DNA of 64,000 bases, from NCBI GenBank assembly GCA_965652295.1, contig CBFGTS010000007.1:1-64000 (forward strand), in the 5' to 3' direction. The position numbers and the translations under genes are program-made. This DNA comes from an uncultured Haloferula sp. (GTDB taxonomy: Bacteria; Verrucomicrobiota; Verrucomicrobiia; Verrucomicrobiales; Akkermansiaceae). Within the stretch, counting starts at the first letter, position 1. The number at the start of each line of letters is the position of its first letter. The notes under the pieces are model-generated. The model was not told the DNA's origin, searched no databases, and saw only the letters and a program-made list of their open reading frames with translations. Below are positions 30,067 through 43,285 of this stretch, piece after piece.

Positions 30067-30455
30067 GGCCCGATGGTGCGGATTGCGAGCGGGATGGGCG
30101 ATTTCTGCACTGTGGGCAGGGCGAACCTCTGCGGGGAACAAGCCGGTGAATATCTTGGAGGAAAACCCGCAGACGATTGGGAATCCGGGAGTTGGGCAGG
30201 TTAAATCGATGCTGGCAGAATGCCCAGGGATCTTGCCTGCGGGGGGGATGGAATGTGAACAACCACGGGAAAACTCTTGGAAGAACTCTCCGGGGCTGCA
30301 TTTCACGGGGGTGCGCACGGGCTGTTCAGGCCGCGTGCCAGACAGGAAGGTGTTAGATCTTCCATAAATGAAGTGCCGGGGCGGGGTTGGCACGGCAAGA
30401 CCCACTGCGAAAACATTGAGCACGGTGGCGAACTGTGGAAGAATCCCGCACGAGC

Positions 30456-31040
30456 ATGCGACGAGGGCGTCCGCGGGAATATGATGAGGAAGAGGTTCTC
30501 GAGAGGGCCATGGATTACTTCTGGGCTCACGGCTATCGCAATGCCGGGGTAACGGACCTGCTCAAGCATCTCGGACTGGGTCGGCAGAGTCTTTACGATG
30601 CCTTCGGTAGCAAGCGCGGACTCTACCTCCGGGCGATCGCTCACTATCGATCCCACCGTCTTGCCGGGGTGCTTGCCATTCTCGAGCGGGAGGGGCCGCC
30701 CCTGAAGAACGTGCGGGAGGCGGTGAATTTCTTCAAGAAGCTGGCGCTCGACAAGGACATGCGGGGCTGCTTCGTCGCGAATGCGCTGCTTGAAGCCGGA
30801 AGTGATGATGAGGAGCTGAGCAGCTTTCTTCAGGAGACTCTTGGCCTTCTGGAGGCTGGCTATCGCAAAGCCCTCACCGAAGCCAAACGCCGGGGCGAGC
30901 TCAACGAGGACAAGTCACCCCGAGCGATCGCCCGCGCACTGACGAACGCCTCGATCGGGCTGGCGGTGACGGGAAGGCTGGGGCAGGGAAAGGCTGCGGT
31001 GTCCGATATCTACGAGGGCACGCTTTCGATGCTGAAGTAG
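30456..31040 (+). CDS. TetR/AcrR family regulator
   Basis: GRPREYD, FWAHGY, SLYDAFGSKRGLY, GCFVAN. Confidence 0.92.
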   Translation: MRRGRPREYDEEEVLERAMDYFWAHGYRNAGVTDLLKHLGLGRQSLYDAFGSKRGLYLRAIAHYRSHRLAGVLAILEREGPPLKNVREAVNFFKKLALDKDMRGCFVANALLEAGSDDEELSSFLQETLGLLEAGYRKALTEAKRRGELNEDKSPRAIARALTNASIGLAVTGRLGQGKAAVSDIYEGTLSMLK

Positions 31041-31093
31041 CCTTAGCTTCACGCGCCGCGCATGGCCGGGAAAGAGCCTTCAAGCTTCCATGG

Positions 31094-31119
31094 TTGACGT
31101 TATTGGACTGTTCGTTCAA
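31094..31119 (+). promoter_or_regulatory. -35 box and putative TetR operator
   Basis: TTGACG followed by the imperfect palindrome TTGGAC-TGTTC-GTTCAA. Confidence 0.5.
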
Positions 31120-31157
31120 GAACTTGGGTGATGGTTGAAGTTCCAGCCTGATACGTC

Positions 31158-33581
31158 ATGAAGATGATTCCCGCCATTCGCATTGCCTCCACTCTGGCAC
31201 TTCTAAGCCTGCCGGCCTCGGCACGGTTTCCGAAACTCGAGCTCCAAGCCGTGAGCGAGGGGGAGTTGCTGGCTCCTGTCGGGATTGTCCACGCGGGTGA
31301 CGGCAGCGGGCGTCTCTTCGTGATCGAGCAGCGTGGACAGATCCGGATTCTTGATGGCGAGAGTCTTTTTGGAACGCCCTTTCTCGACATTTCGGACCGG
31401 CTGGTGCCGGAACGTCCGGGATTTGATGAGCGGGGGCTGCTGGGGCTGGCATTTCATCCGGAGTATGCGACGCCGGATGCTGCGGGGGAGGGGCGGTTTT
31501 ATGTTTACTACAGCGCGCCATCGCCGGATGCACCGGGGACGACGGAAGAGCCGGTGGATCATCGGAGTGTGGTATCGGAATTCCAGGTGTCTTCCGCGGA
31601 TCCCGACGTGGCGGACCCGGCTTCCGAGCGGGTGCTCTTCACGGTGAATCAGCCCCAGTTCAATCACGATGCCGGGCAGCTCGCCTTCGGTCCGGACGGG
31701 CTGCTTTACATCGCGTTGGGTGACGGAGGCAGCTCGGACGACAACAACGCGGGCCACACGGGCGGGGATGACAGCAAGCCATCGGGAGTGTTGGGCAATT
31801 CCCAAGACCTCACCCGGCTGCTGGGCAAGATCCTGCGCATCGATCCGCTCGGCACCACCGGTCCCGGCGGGGCCTATGGCATTCCCGCCGACAATCCGTT
31901 CGTGGGACAGGGCGGAGGGGTGAGGGAGGAGATCTATGCGTACGGATTGAGAAACCCGTGGCGGTTTTCTTTCGATGACGGGGCGGGGGGGAGCGGACGG
32001 CTGTTCTGCGCGGATGTGGGGCAGGGGAACGTCGAGGAGGTGAACCTGATCGAAAAGGGCGGGAACTACGGCTGGCGCAACAAGGAGGGGGTCTTTGATT
32101 TCGATTCGTCGGCACCGGGAACGGGGCCGTTTGTCGATCCGGTGGCGCAGTATGCCCATCCGAACTCGGACAACGGCCTGCCGAGGATCGGGCTTTCGGT
32201 GACGGGCGGGTATGTCTATCGCGGGACCGCGATTCCGGATCTGGCCGGGCACTATGTCTTCGCCGACTGGAGCAGCAGCTTTGGTTCACCGAGTGGAACC
32301 TTGCTGGGGCTCGAAGAAATTTCGCCGGGCGAGTTCTCGTTGGTGATTCCCGAGGTCGTCGGCGGGAACCCCATCGTTGGCTACATCGCGGCGCTGGGTG
32401 TCGACGAGACCGGTGAACTGTATGTGGCCACCAAGACCACGCTCGCGCCGTCGGCGACCGATCCCGGCACCGGCCTGCCCACGGGGGCGATCTGGCGGAT
32501 CGTATCCGGCGAGGAACCGGGGGAAACGGTGACGCGGGAACTCACTGCGGCCAAAGACAACACGATCTTTTCGGAGAACGTCACACGAAGCAATGGTGCC
32601 GGGCCGGGGCTGTTTGCCGGAGTGACGATTCAGGGGGACACCCGCAGGGCCCTGGTGGAATTCGATCTGGCCGATGAGTTCCCACCCGGGACCGTGGTGC
32701 ATGCGGTGACTTTCAAACTCCAGGTGGACAAGGTCCCCAGTGGGGCACCGAACGCCAACATGACCCTTCATCGTGTGGTCAAGGAGTGGGGTGAGGCTGG
32801 TTCGAACGCGGGCACGTTTGGAGATGGTGCCGGTGCTCCGGCCCAGACGGGCGATGCGACCTGGCTGGCGAACCGCTTCGGCGAGGACACCTGGGCGGTG
32901 CCGGGCGGAGACTTCGAGTCCGCATCCTCGGCATCGACCGCAGTGGGAGGCCTGGGTGCCTATGAATGGACCGGCATGGGATTGGTGTCGGATGTGCAGA
33001 CCTTTGTCGATTCGCCGGAGCTGAACGCCGGCTGGCTCCTTCACGACGGTGGGAGCACGACAGGTTCGGCGAAACGGTTTCTGGCGCGGGAGAGCGGGAG
33101 TCTTGGGCCTCGGCTCGAGGTGGAGGCGACCCTCCCTCCGCCCACCAACCGGGAGGCTTGGATCGCCCGGTTTTTCGATCCGGAAGACGTGGTCGATCTG
33201 ACGGAGGACGCCGATGGCGACCGACTCGAGGGAATCCTTGAGTATGGTGCCGGGCTCGATCCCTTCACCCGCAATCCGGTTTCCGATGCCTACTCGATCG
33301 ACTTTGAAGAGGAGGAAGGACGATTGACGATCCGGTTCCGTCGCGATCCGCGGGCCACCGATCTCATTTATCGGGTCGATGCGGGGAACGATCTGACTTT
33401 CGGCGAGACGCTTGCCGTGAGCGAGGACGGCGCGCTGGCGGCGGGATCGGGCGTGGTCTCGGATCATCCGATTCCCGGAGCCCCGCCTTTCCGGGAGGTG
33501 ACAGTCCGGGATGGGGCGACGCCTTCCGAGTCCCCGAGGCGCTTCGTCCGGTTCGTCGTCATCAGTTCCGTTTCTGAGTAG
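31158..33581 (+). CDS. Secreted PQQ-dependent glucose/sorbosone dehydrogenase family protein with DNRLRE-like and C-terminal domains
   Basis: Signal peptide; ERGLLGLAFHP, NHDAG, FGPDG.LY...GDGG, GKILRID, YGLRNPWR. Confidence 0.85.
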   Translation: MKMIPAIRIASTLALLSLPASARFPKLELQAVSEGELLAPVGIVHAGDGSGRLFVIEQRGQIRILDGESLFGTPFLDISDRLVPERPGFDERGLLGLAFHPEYATPDAAGEGRFYVYYSAPSPDAPGTTEEPVDHRSVVSEFQVSSADPDVADPASERVLFTVNQPQFNHDAGQLAFGPDGLLYIALGDGGSSDDNNAGHTGGDDSKPSGVLGNSQDLTRLLGKILRIDPLGTTGPGGAYGIPADNPFVGQGGGVREEIYAYGLRNPWRFSFDDGAGGSGRLFCADVGQGNVEEVNLIEKGGNYGWRNKEGVFDFDSSAPGTGPFVDPVAQYAHPNSDNGLPRIGLSVTGGYVYRGTAIPDLAGHYVFADWSSSFGSPSGTLLGLEEISPGEFSLVIPEVVGGNPIVGYIAALGVDETGELYVATKTTLAPSATDPGTGLPTGAIWRIVSGEEPGETVTRELTAAKDNTIFSENVTRSNGAGPGLFAGVTIQGDTRRALVEFDLADEFPPGTVVHAVTFKLQVDKVPSGAPNANMTLHRVVKEWGEAGSNAGTFGDGAGAPAQTGDATWLANRFGEDTWAVPGGDFESASSASTAVGGLGAYEWTGMGLVSDVQTFVDSPELNAGWLLHDGGSTTGSAKRFLARESGSLGPRLEVEATLPPPTNREAWIARFFDPEDVVDLTEDADGDRLEGILEYGAGLDPFTRNPVSDAYSIDFEEEEGRLTIRFRRDPRATDLIYRVDAGNDLTFGETLAVSEDGALAAGSGVVSDHPIPGAPPFREVTVRDGATPSESPRRFVRFVVISSVSE

Positions 33582-33641
33582 TCGGTCTTGCTTCAGGGAT
33601 CTGGTTGGGGCCGTCGCGCGTGAGGCGGGCCTTCTTTCCGA

Positions 33642-33677
33642 CACGGAGGGACGAAGAAAACGGAGGCCACGGAGCCG
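33642..33677. repeat. Dispersed CACGGAG-unit repeat
   Basis: Aligns with the reverse complement of 142-178. Confidence 0.5.
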
Positions 33678-33764
33678 AAATCAGGTGTGGTTGTCCGTTC
33701 GTTCTCAAGAAGCCTCGAGGTGGGAAGCGCTTCGCAACTTGGGAGCTACGGAGAGCTGAGCGCC

Positions 33765-33797
33765 AAAAAAAGCCGCCCCGGAATTCCGGGGCGGCTT
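33765..33797 (-). terminator. Intrinsic terminator of ppdK
   Basis: Perfect palindrome AAGCCGCCCCGGAATTCCGGGGCGGCTT with a T-tract on the minus strand. Confidence 0.85.
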
Positions 33798-33836
33798 GAA
33801 TGGATCGGGTGGCGCGGATGAATCCGCGATCACGAA

Positions 33837-36677
<2,841 letters not shown>

Positions 36678-36828
36678 CGTTAGTCTCGGTGATGAGGTTT
36701 GCGTCGTTGAGGCACCTGGAAAACGCGCTCTTCGGTTGTAGCGCGTCCCGGCGCGGACGCGCGGAGCTTAGGAATCGCGAACCCTGTGTCAATGAACGAG
36801 TTCCAGCGCTTGACAACGAATCGACAAG

Positions 36829-36862
36829 AAAAACCCGGGCACCCCATGCGGGGCGTCCGGGT
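36829..36862 (-). terminator. Intrinsic terminator of the PEP-CTERM gene
   Basis: Minus strand ACCCGGACGCCCC/GGGGTGCCCGGGT stem followed by a T-tract. Confidence 0.7.
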
Positions 36863-36888
36863 AAAGGAAGGCTGAACGACGTTCGGGT

Positions 36889-37530
36889 TCAGCGGCGGCG
36901 GCGCAGCAAGCCGAGCAGCCCGAGGCCGCCGAGGAGCGCGGAGGCGGGCTCGGGGGCCGTGTAGGTTCCGATCGGGAAGACGCTCGAAGCGGTCGCATTG
37001 GTCGTCTCATCGTCCGTGGCGTTGGTTCCGCTGAAGGTCCAGTCGTCGGCTTCGAAGGTGGTGCTGGGCCCCGTGCCGTCTTTCCGATAAGCCCACCCGT
37101 CGAGGTAGTCCCACACGGTTCCGGAGCCTGAAACGTCAACCTGTCCGAAGACGTCGATGACTGTTCCGTTGTGAAAGATTTCTATAGCGTCGTCGCCATT
37201 GATTGACACGGAGGAGGTGGTGTAGTCTGGAGCAAAGCCGAAATAGGCGCTGAAGTCTGTCGTCTCGGAGGCAAGGTAAATGTAGCTCCCCGCGCTTGCG
37301 GTGGTGATAGGGAAGGTGAACTCTTCGCCATCTGTTCCGCCTCCGTTGTTGGCGGAACCCAAGCCGTAAATGCTCAGGTCGGGAATATCGGCCGAGACGT
37401 ATAATTCCACTGCTTTGGGCGTTCCGCCGGTTAACGGGCCATCAAAAACACCGGTGATGATAAGGGCTGCTTGGGACGAAATCGCGCCTGCGGCGAGAAA
37501 CACGGAAATAATCAGGGGATTTGCTTTCAT
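36889..37530 (-). CDS. PEP-CTERM protein with lamin-tail-like domain
   Basis: Signal peptide; IITGVFDGPLTGGTPKAVELY, NGDDAIE; C-terminal APEP, TM helix, RRRR. Confidence 0.85.
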   Translation of the reverse strand: MKANPLIISVFLAAGAISSQAALIITGVFDGPLTGGTPKAVELYVSADIPDLSIYGLGSANNGGGTDGEEFTFPITTASAGSYIYLASETTDFSAYFGFAPDYTTSSVSINGDDAIEIFHNGTVIDVFGQVDVSGSGTVWDYLDGWAYRKDGTGPSTTFEADDWTFSGTNATDDETTNATASSVFPIGTYTAPEPASALLGGLGLLGLLRRRR

Positions 37531-37670
37531 GTTCGGAGGGTAGGTTGATGCGAGGAAAGGGGGTTCCTCGACCGGGGAAAAGACGCATCCTGTCACGGAA
37601 TTGTCAGTCTTTCCCCTAGCCTCGTGACTGCTGAAAGCAACCGTCGCGCCAGAAGGCGACACTTTTTTCC

Positions 37671-38207
37671 TTACGTGGCTCCCTCGCCGCGAGCCATGAC
37701 GACCTTGCCGGTGCGGACGGTTTCGATGATCTCGAATTGCGAGAACATGCTGACGGCTGCATCGACCTTCTGGGATTCCCCGGTGATCATCACGATCATG
37801 GATGTCGGGGTGAGATCGACGGTCTTTCCGGAGAAGTGCTCGGTGATCTGAAGTGCATGAGAACGCTCGGCGGGCGAGCATTTGAGTTTCACCAAGCACA
37901 ACTCGCGGGTGACGGCATCCGCCGAGTGGTGCTCGGAGCAATGGATGACGTCGATGAGCTTGTTGACCTGTTTGATGATCTGCTCGAGGCCCTGGGGATC
38001 ACCGGAGATGCCGATGGTCATCCGCGAGAAGCGGGCGGAGCGGCCTTGGGAAACGACGAGCGAGTCGATGTTGAAACCGCGTCGGGCGAAGACCTGACAG
38101 ATGCGCATGAGGACGCCGGCCTTGTTGTTGACGAAGACCGAGAGCGTGTGGCTGCCCTGGCCGTTGGTTTCGGCCACGGGGGTGTCGGTGGTGACGATGG
38201 TGCTCAT
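37671..38207 (-). CDS. ilvN: Acetolactate synthase small subunit
   Basis: HTLSVFVNNKAGVL, FARRGFNIDSL, KQVNKLIDV, RTG. Confidence 0.95.
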   Translation of the reverse strand: MSTIVTTDTPVAETNGQGSHTLSVFVNNKAGVLMRICQVFARRGFNIDSLVVSQGRSARFSRMTIGISGDPQGLEQIIKQVNKLIDVIHCSEHHSADAVTRELCLVKLKCSPAERSHALQITEHFSGKTVDLTPTSMIVMITGESQKVDAAVSMFSQFEIIETVRTGKVVMARGEGAT

Positions 38208-38214
38208 GGTAGAA

Positions 38215-38244
38215 GCTGAAATGCTGAAATCTGAAATGCTGAAA
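38215..38244. repeat. Short tandem repeat (G)CTGAAAT x4
   Basis: GCTGAAAT GCTGAAAT CTGAAAT GCTGAAA between ilvB and ilvN. Confidence 0.8.
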
Positions 38245-38259
38245 CGGGAGGCTGCGGGA

Positions 38260-39987
38260 TCACGTGGAGCCCGTGGGCTTGGCCATCTTGTGTTTGGGCG
38301 GCTCGGTGAGCATGTCCTCGAGGGCGGCACCTGCGGGGATCATGGGGAAGACGTTGTCGGTTTTGACGCATTCAGCGTGGATCAGGATGGGGCCATCGTT
38401 GTAGGCGAGGGCCTTCTTGATCATGCGGGTGACGTCGGCCGGGCGCTTGATGTTGACGCTGGGAATGCCGTAGGCGGCGGCCAGCTTGCAGAAATCGGGG
38501 TTGCCGTGAAGGTCCACGCCGGACTCGCGGTTTTCAAAGAACAGCTCCTGCCACTGGCGGACCATGCCGAGGTAGTGGTTGTTGAGGACCACGATTTTCA
38601 CCGGCAATTTGTGGATGGCGGCGGTGGCGAGTTCGAACAGGGTCATCTGGAAACCGCCGTCGCCGGAGATGGAGATGACGGTCTTGTCCGGGCAGGCGAG
38701 CTGGGCGCCGATGGCGGCGGGGAAGCCGAAGCCCATGGTGCCGGCACCGCCGGAGGAGAGCCACTCGTAGGGGCGGTCGTTGAGGAAGAACTGGGCGGCC
38801 CACATCTGGTGTTGGCCGACGTCGGTGGAGACGATGGCTTTGCCCTGGGTCTGTTTGTAAAGCTCCTGGATGACCTGCTGCATGCGCAGTCCGCCCTGCT
38901 TGCGGTAGGCGAGCGGGTACTTCTTCTTGTAGGCGTCGAGGTTGGCGAGCCACGGGGCGGTATCGAGCTTCGACACGGACTTGTTGAGTGCGCCGAGGGC
39001 GGCATTGGCATCGCCGATGATCTGGACGTGTGGGACGATCATCTTGGACATCTCTGAGGCGTCGATGTCGATGTGGATGATCTTGGCGTTGCGCCCGAAC
39101 TTGTCGGCTTGGCCGATGATGCGGTCGTCGAAACGAGAGCCGACGTTGAGGATGAGGTCGGCCTCGACCATGGCCTTGTTGGCGTAGGCGGTGCCGTGCA
39201 TGCCGAGCATGCCGAGGGAGAGCTTGTGGGTTTCCGGGAACACTCCCTTGCCGAGCAGGGTGGTGGTCACGGGACACTGGAGGGTTTCCGCGAGCTTCAT
39301 CAACTCCTCGCCGGCGCGGGCGATCATGGCTCCCTGGCCGGCCAGGATCACCGGACGGCGGGAGTGGGCGATCATGTCGAGGGCGGTGGCGACGGCGTCG
39401 GCATCGATCTCGAAGGCCTTCTCCGGGTGATAGCCGGGGAGGTCGAGTTCGGGGTTGAGGTCGCCGTTGAAGGGGCCCTGGGAAACGTTCTTGGGGATAT
39501 CGATCAGCACCGGGCCGGGACGGCCGGTGGTGGCGATATGATAGGCCTCGCGGGCGATCTTGGGCAGGTCGTCGGTTTCCTTGACCAGATAGTTGTGTTT
39601 CACCACGGGCATGGTGATGCCGAAAATGTCGGCTTCCTGGAACGCGTCCTTGCCGAGCATCCAGGTGACCTGCTGGCCGCAGAGCACGATCATGGGCACG
39701 GAGTCCATCTGGGCGGTCATCAGGCCGGTGACCGTGTTGCCGGCACCGGGGCCGGAGGTGACGAGCACGGCGGCGGGTTTGCCGGTGGCGCGGGCATAGC
39801 CATCGGCCATGTGGACGGCACCCTGCTCGTGGCGGACGAGAATGAATTTCATCTTCGTCTTCACCGTTTCGAGCGCGTCGAAGATGGGGATCGCGGCTCC
39901 GCCCGAGTATCCGAAAATGTACTCGATGCCGAGTTCGTCGAGAGTCTTGATCAGCGCTTGGGCACCATCGAGTTGTTCCTTGCTCAT
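38260..39987 (-). CDS. ilvB: Acetolactate synthase large subunit
   Basis: RHEQGA..MADGYAR, TSGPG, DAFQE, RFDDR, DVGQHQM, GDGGFQM. Confidence 0.96.
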   Translation of the reverse strand: MSKEQLDGAQALIKTLDELGIEYIFGYSGGAAIPIFDALETVKTKMKFILVRHEQGAVHMADGYARATGKPAAVLVTSGPGAGNTVTGLMTAQMDSVPMIVLCGQQVTWMLGKDAFQEADIFGITMPVVKHNYLVKETDDLPKIAREAYHIATTGRPGPVLIDIPKNVSQGPFNGDLNPELDLPGYHPEKAFEIDADAVATALDMIAHSRRPVILAGQGAMIARAGEELMKLAETLQCPVTTTLLGKGVFPETHKLSLGMLGMHGTAYANKAMVEADLILNVGSRFDDRIIGQADKFGRNAKIIHIDIDASEMSKMIVPHVQIIGDANAALGALNKSVSKLDTAPWLANLDAYKKKYPLAYRKQGGLRMQQVIQELYKQTQGKAIVSTDVGQHQMWAAQFFLNDRPYEWLSSGGAGTMGFGFPAAIGAQLACPDKTVISISGDGGFQMTLFELATAAIHKLPVKIVVLNNHYLGMVRQWQELFFENRESGVDLHGNPDFCKLAAAYGIPSVNIKRPADVTRMIKKALAYNDGPILIHAECVKTDNVFPMIPAGAALEDMLTEPPKHKMAKPTGST

Positions 39988-40134
39988 GAGAAAATTGCGG
40001 TTCGCGCTCCAAGTCGGGTAATTTTTCCCGATGTGCAATTCAAAAATCGTTGAAATCGGGTCAAACTCACCCTGAGTTTCCCGGGTTGTTTTCCAAAGTT
40101 GACCGGTTTTCAGGCAAGTGTGCCTCTGGTGGGG

Positions 40135-41058
40135 CTATCGTTTCGGGAAAAGATGCTTCCATGCGGCAAAGGCCTCGCGGATCTCCTCGGCCTTGCGGGT
40201 GGGTGAGAGTTCCCAGGTGAGGGGGCAACCGGCGGGGAAGAAGGGCAGGAGTTGATGGTAGTCGAGTTCGCCGGTGAAGGGCACCCGGTGGTCGCGGGCA
40301 GGCCACTGGACGTCATGGACGTGGCCGCCGATGAGGTAGGGCTGCATTTTCTCCAGCCACTCGACGTGGTCGAGCAGGCCGAGGTTGTGCTTGAGCTGGA
40401 CGTGTCCGAAGTCGTGCCAATAGCCGACGTTCGGGTGGTCCTTGAAATGCTCTTGGAGGGCGACCATTTCGCGCTCGGTGGGAGTGTCCTCGAAGCGGGA
40501 TCGTGACTCGACGGCGAGCAGCAGCCCGAGCTCCTTCGCCTGCTCGGCGATTTGTTCGAGAGCGGCGATGGCGCGCTGATAGTAGAGGGGGCCGAGCTTC
40601 TCGCGCTTTTTGATGAAGGCGATGCGCTCTTTGGCGAATGCCGGGGTGTCACGTTGGCCCTCGGCGACCATCGCGGTGAGGCGTTTGGTCCACTTCTTGG
40701 TGCTGAGAGGCGCGGATCCCATGTGCAGGACGACGTAGCGGGCCTTGAACTCGGCGGCGAGTTCGAGGGTGCGCCGGGTCATGTCCATTGCCCGCTGGCG
40801 GTCGAAGGGGCGGTGGGAGGTGTATTCGTAGGCGTCGGGCGCATCGATCATCACCTCGACCGGGGAGGGGAAGTAGTTGTGCACGCCGAGGCAGGTGAAG
40901 CGGCCGTCCTCGAAGGCTTTCCTGATGCCCGGCAGCTTGGTCACGGTCATGCCGTGGGAGAGTTCGAGCTCGGAAAAACCGAGTTCGAGGATCTCGTCGA
41001 TCATGGCCTCGCCATCGGTGTGACGCGAGTTGTTCCAGCAGGTCGAGAAGGCGGGCAT
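40135..41058 (-). CDS. Sugar phosphate isomerase/epimerase (AP-endonuclease-2 TIM barrel)
   Basis: ELSH, VHN, VVLHMG, AVE, HDFGH, HVHD...DH motifs. Confidence 0.8.
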   Translation of the reverse strand: MPAFSTCWNNSRHTDGEAMIDEILELGFSELELSHGMTVTKLPGIRKAFEDGRFTCLGVHNYFPSPVEVMIDAPDAYEYTSHRPFDRQRAMDMTRRTLELAAEFKARYVVLHMGSAPLSTKKWTKRLTAMVAEGQRDTPAFAKERIAFIKKREKLGPLYYQRAIAALEQIAEQAKELGLLLAVESRSRFEDTPTEREMVALQEHFKDHPNVGYWHDFGHVQLKHNLGLLDHVEWLEKMQPYLIGGHVHDVQWPARDHRVPFTGELDYHQLLPFFPAGCPLTWELSPTRKAEEIREAFAAWKHLFPKR

Positions 41059-41094
41059 GGGAAAGCAGGGCTTATGGGCCTAGAGGCGAGCCGG

Positions 41095-41760
41095 TCACGA
41101 GCCCGCTACAAGGAAGACGATCTCGCCCTTGGGAGGGTGGATCTGGAAGTGGGCGAAAAGTTCGGCGGCGGTGCCGCGGTGGTAGGTCTCGAACTTCTTG
41201 GTCAGCTCGCGGGCGACGCAACAACGGGCTTCCGGATGGCTGCCGGCGAGAAGTTCCAGGGTCGAGACGAGCCGGTGGGGCGACTCGAAGAAAAGCGTGG
41301 TGCCGTCCGTTTCCAGCGCGGTCTCCATGGCGGCGAGGCGCTTGCCTTTTTTCACCGAGAGGAAGCCGAGGAAATGGAAGGCATGGCAGGGAAATCCGGA
41401 GCCGATGAGCGCGGTGAGCACGGCGGAGGGGCCTGGTAGAACTTGGTAGGCGAGGTCCTCGGCGAGGCAGGCCTGGATCAGGCGGTAGCCGGGGTCGGAC
41501 ACGCCGGGCATGCCGGCATCGGAAATCACGGCGACGTTTTCCCCGGCCCGTGCGGCACTGACGATCTCGGGGATCCGTCGAGCTTCGTTGTGCTCGTGGA
41601 GGGAGACGAGCGGCTTACCGGTGATGCCGAGGTGGGCGAGGAGCGGGGCGGAGTGGCGGGTGTCCTCGCAGGCGATGCGGTCGGCGTTTTTCAGGACCTC
41701 GATGGCGCGCAGGGTGATATCATCGCGATTGCCGATCGGGGTGGGAACAAAGGAGATCAT
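41095..41760 (-). CDS. rsmI: 16S rRNA C1402 2'-O-methyltransferase
   Basis: TPIGN..DIT.RA, CEDTR, SDAGMPGVSDPG, FESPHR, RELTKKFE. Confidence 0.95.
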   Translation of the reverse strand: MISFVPTPIGNRDDITLRAIEVLKNADRIACEDTRHSAPLLAHLGITGKPLVSLHEHNEARRIPEIVSAARAGENVAVISDAGMPGVSDPGYRLIQACLAEDLAYQVLPGPSAVLTALIGSGFPCHAFHFLGFLSVKKGKRLAAMETALETDGTTLFFESPHRLVSTLELLAGSHPEARCCVARELTKKFETYHRGTAAELFAHFQIHPPKGEIVFLVAGS

Positions 41761-41799
41761 GAGATGCCCGGGCGGAGGCGGGTTTCGGCCCCGCACTTC

Positions 41800-42306
41800 T
41801 TAGTAGCCGTTGGCGAGGCGGGAGACCATGCCGTCGCTGGCGCGCTTGAGGGCGTCGGGCAGCGAGTTGTTGCGGGCGGTCTGGAGGTTGGAATCGACGA
41901 ACATCTTCGAGGAGCCCATCGAGGTCCCTGAGGCGAGGGTTTTGTTGGGATCCCCGGCATCGCGCAGGATCCAGGAGAGGGTGACTGTATTCTGGAGCTC
42001 CAGAGGGCGCAGTGTGTCGAGGCGGGCGGAGCGGATCTGGGTGTAGTCGATCTTGGAAATGGTGGCTTCCAGCACGGCATCGGCCGCGTCGCGGGTGGCG
42101 ATCCGGTAGGTGCCATCGAGAATGAAGGACTCGGTGGCGGCGGAGGTGGCGAGGGCCTCGGCGCGGGGATGAAGAGTGTCGTTGCGGAACATGGGCACCG
42201 CGATGGTGTGCACGTCCGCGAGCGCGGCAGGCTTGGTGCCGTCGATGCGGTAGCCGGCGCAGGCGGCGAGCGCGAGGGTCAGGAGCGGGGCGAGGAGGCG
42301 GATCAT
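41800..42306 (-). CDS. lptE: LPS assembly lipoprotein LptE-like
   Basis: Lipobox LAAC-AGY, IAVPMF.N.T; downstream of bamD. Confidence 0.7.
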   Translation of the reverse strand: MIRLLAPLLTLALAACAGYRIDGTKPAALADVHTIAVPMFRNDTLHPRAEALATSAATESFILDGTYRIATRDAADAVLEATISKIDYTQIRSARLDTLRPLELQNTVTLSWILRDAGDPNKTLASGTSMGSSKMFVDSNLQTARNNSLPDALKRASDGMVSRLANGY

Positions 42307-42315
42307 GAGAGGCGA

Positions 42316-43242
42316 TCAGTTTCCGCCAAGAGCGGCGAGACGGGCCTGGGCCTGGTCGTGCAGTTGCCCGGACTTGGCGCGGCGGATGACTTCCTGATAG
42401 TAGAATTTGGCCGAGTTGGTATCGCCTTTCTTTTCATAGAAGCGGGCGATGTCGAAGGTGTTCTGGAGGTCGCGTCCGCCGATGTTCGAGAGCAGCTGGC
42501 GGGCTTCGTCATTGCGTTTGTGCCCGGGGAACTGGCTCAGGTAATCGCGCAGCGCTTCCTCGGCGCGGTCGAGGTTCGCCTGGTCCTGGTTGCCTTCCTT
42601 CGCCTGCTTCAGCAGCACCTCGCCGATGCGGAACTGGGCCTCGGGGGCCTCCGGGTAGGCGGGGTATTCGAGCACGACCTTTCGGTAGGCGCTGACGGCC
42701 TCGCCGACCTTGTCGTCGCCGGCGTAGAGTTCTCCGATCTTGAAGGCGGCCTTGGCGGCGGTCGCGGAGCGCGGTGCGTTGCCGGCGACCTTTTGAAGCA
42801 TCTCGATGACCTTGTTGGTCGCCAGTCTCGACTTGAGGCCGAGGAAGCTGGATTTGATTTCGCCATCGGCGGCGGCGAAGGCCATCTCGGTCTGGCGCTT
42901 GAACGCCTCGCGATAAAGGCCGCTGCCCTGATAGCGGGAAATGAGGTCCTGATAGGCGTCGAAGGCATCGAGCGTTTCGCCGCTTTCATCGAGAAGCTTG
43001 GCCTGGCGGAAACGCGCGTCCGGCGCTTTGTCGGCGAGGGCGATCTTGTCGGCGATCTCGTCGTAGAGCTTGATCGCCTTCTTCGTTTTGCCGGCGTTTT
43101 CTGCAGCCTGGGCTTCGGCAAACAAGGCTTCGGCGCGTTCGTTGTTTCCGGAACCCGCACTCACCAGCGGCGGGAGGTCGGAATCGTTTCCGCAGGATGC
43201 CAGCAGAGCGGCGATGGAGAGAAGGGCAAGCCTCGGGCGCAT
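42316..43242 (-). CDS. bamD: Outer membrane assembly lipoprotein BamD-like (TPR)
   Basis: Lipobox LASC; TPR repeats; IARFYEK...SA..YY C-terminal motif. Confidence 0.78.
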   Translation of the reverse strand: MRPRLALLSIAALLASCGNDSDLPPLVSAGSGNNERAEALFAEAQAAENAGKTKKAIKLYDEIADKIALADKAPDARFRQAKLLDESGETLDAFDAYQDLISRYQGSGLYREAFKRQTEMAFAAADGEIKSSFLGLKSRLATNKVIEMLQKVAGNAPRSATAAKAAFKIGELYAGDDKVGEAVSAYRKVVLEYPAYPEAPEAQFRIGEVLLKQAKEGNQDQANLDRAEEALRDYLSQFPGHKRNDEARQLLSNIGGRDLQNTFDIARFYEKKGDTNSAKFYYQEVIRRAKSGQLHDQAQARLAALGGN

Positions 43243-43285
43243 GCCGGGACGCTATAGAGACGAAGCGGGGGGCGGGAAGCGAAAA

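Noticed and set aside
30067..30455. Degenerate TGGAAGAA-like motifs and a TGGCAC sigma54-like site
   Set aside because: Spacing is irregular and similarity low, so not a CRISPR or iteron array; TGGCAC lacks the -12 TTGC.
39988..40134. ilvB attenuator leader
   Set aside because: No Ile/Leu/Val-rich peptide or terminator visible.
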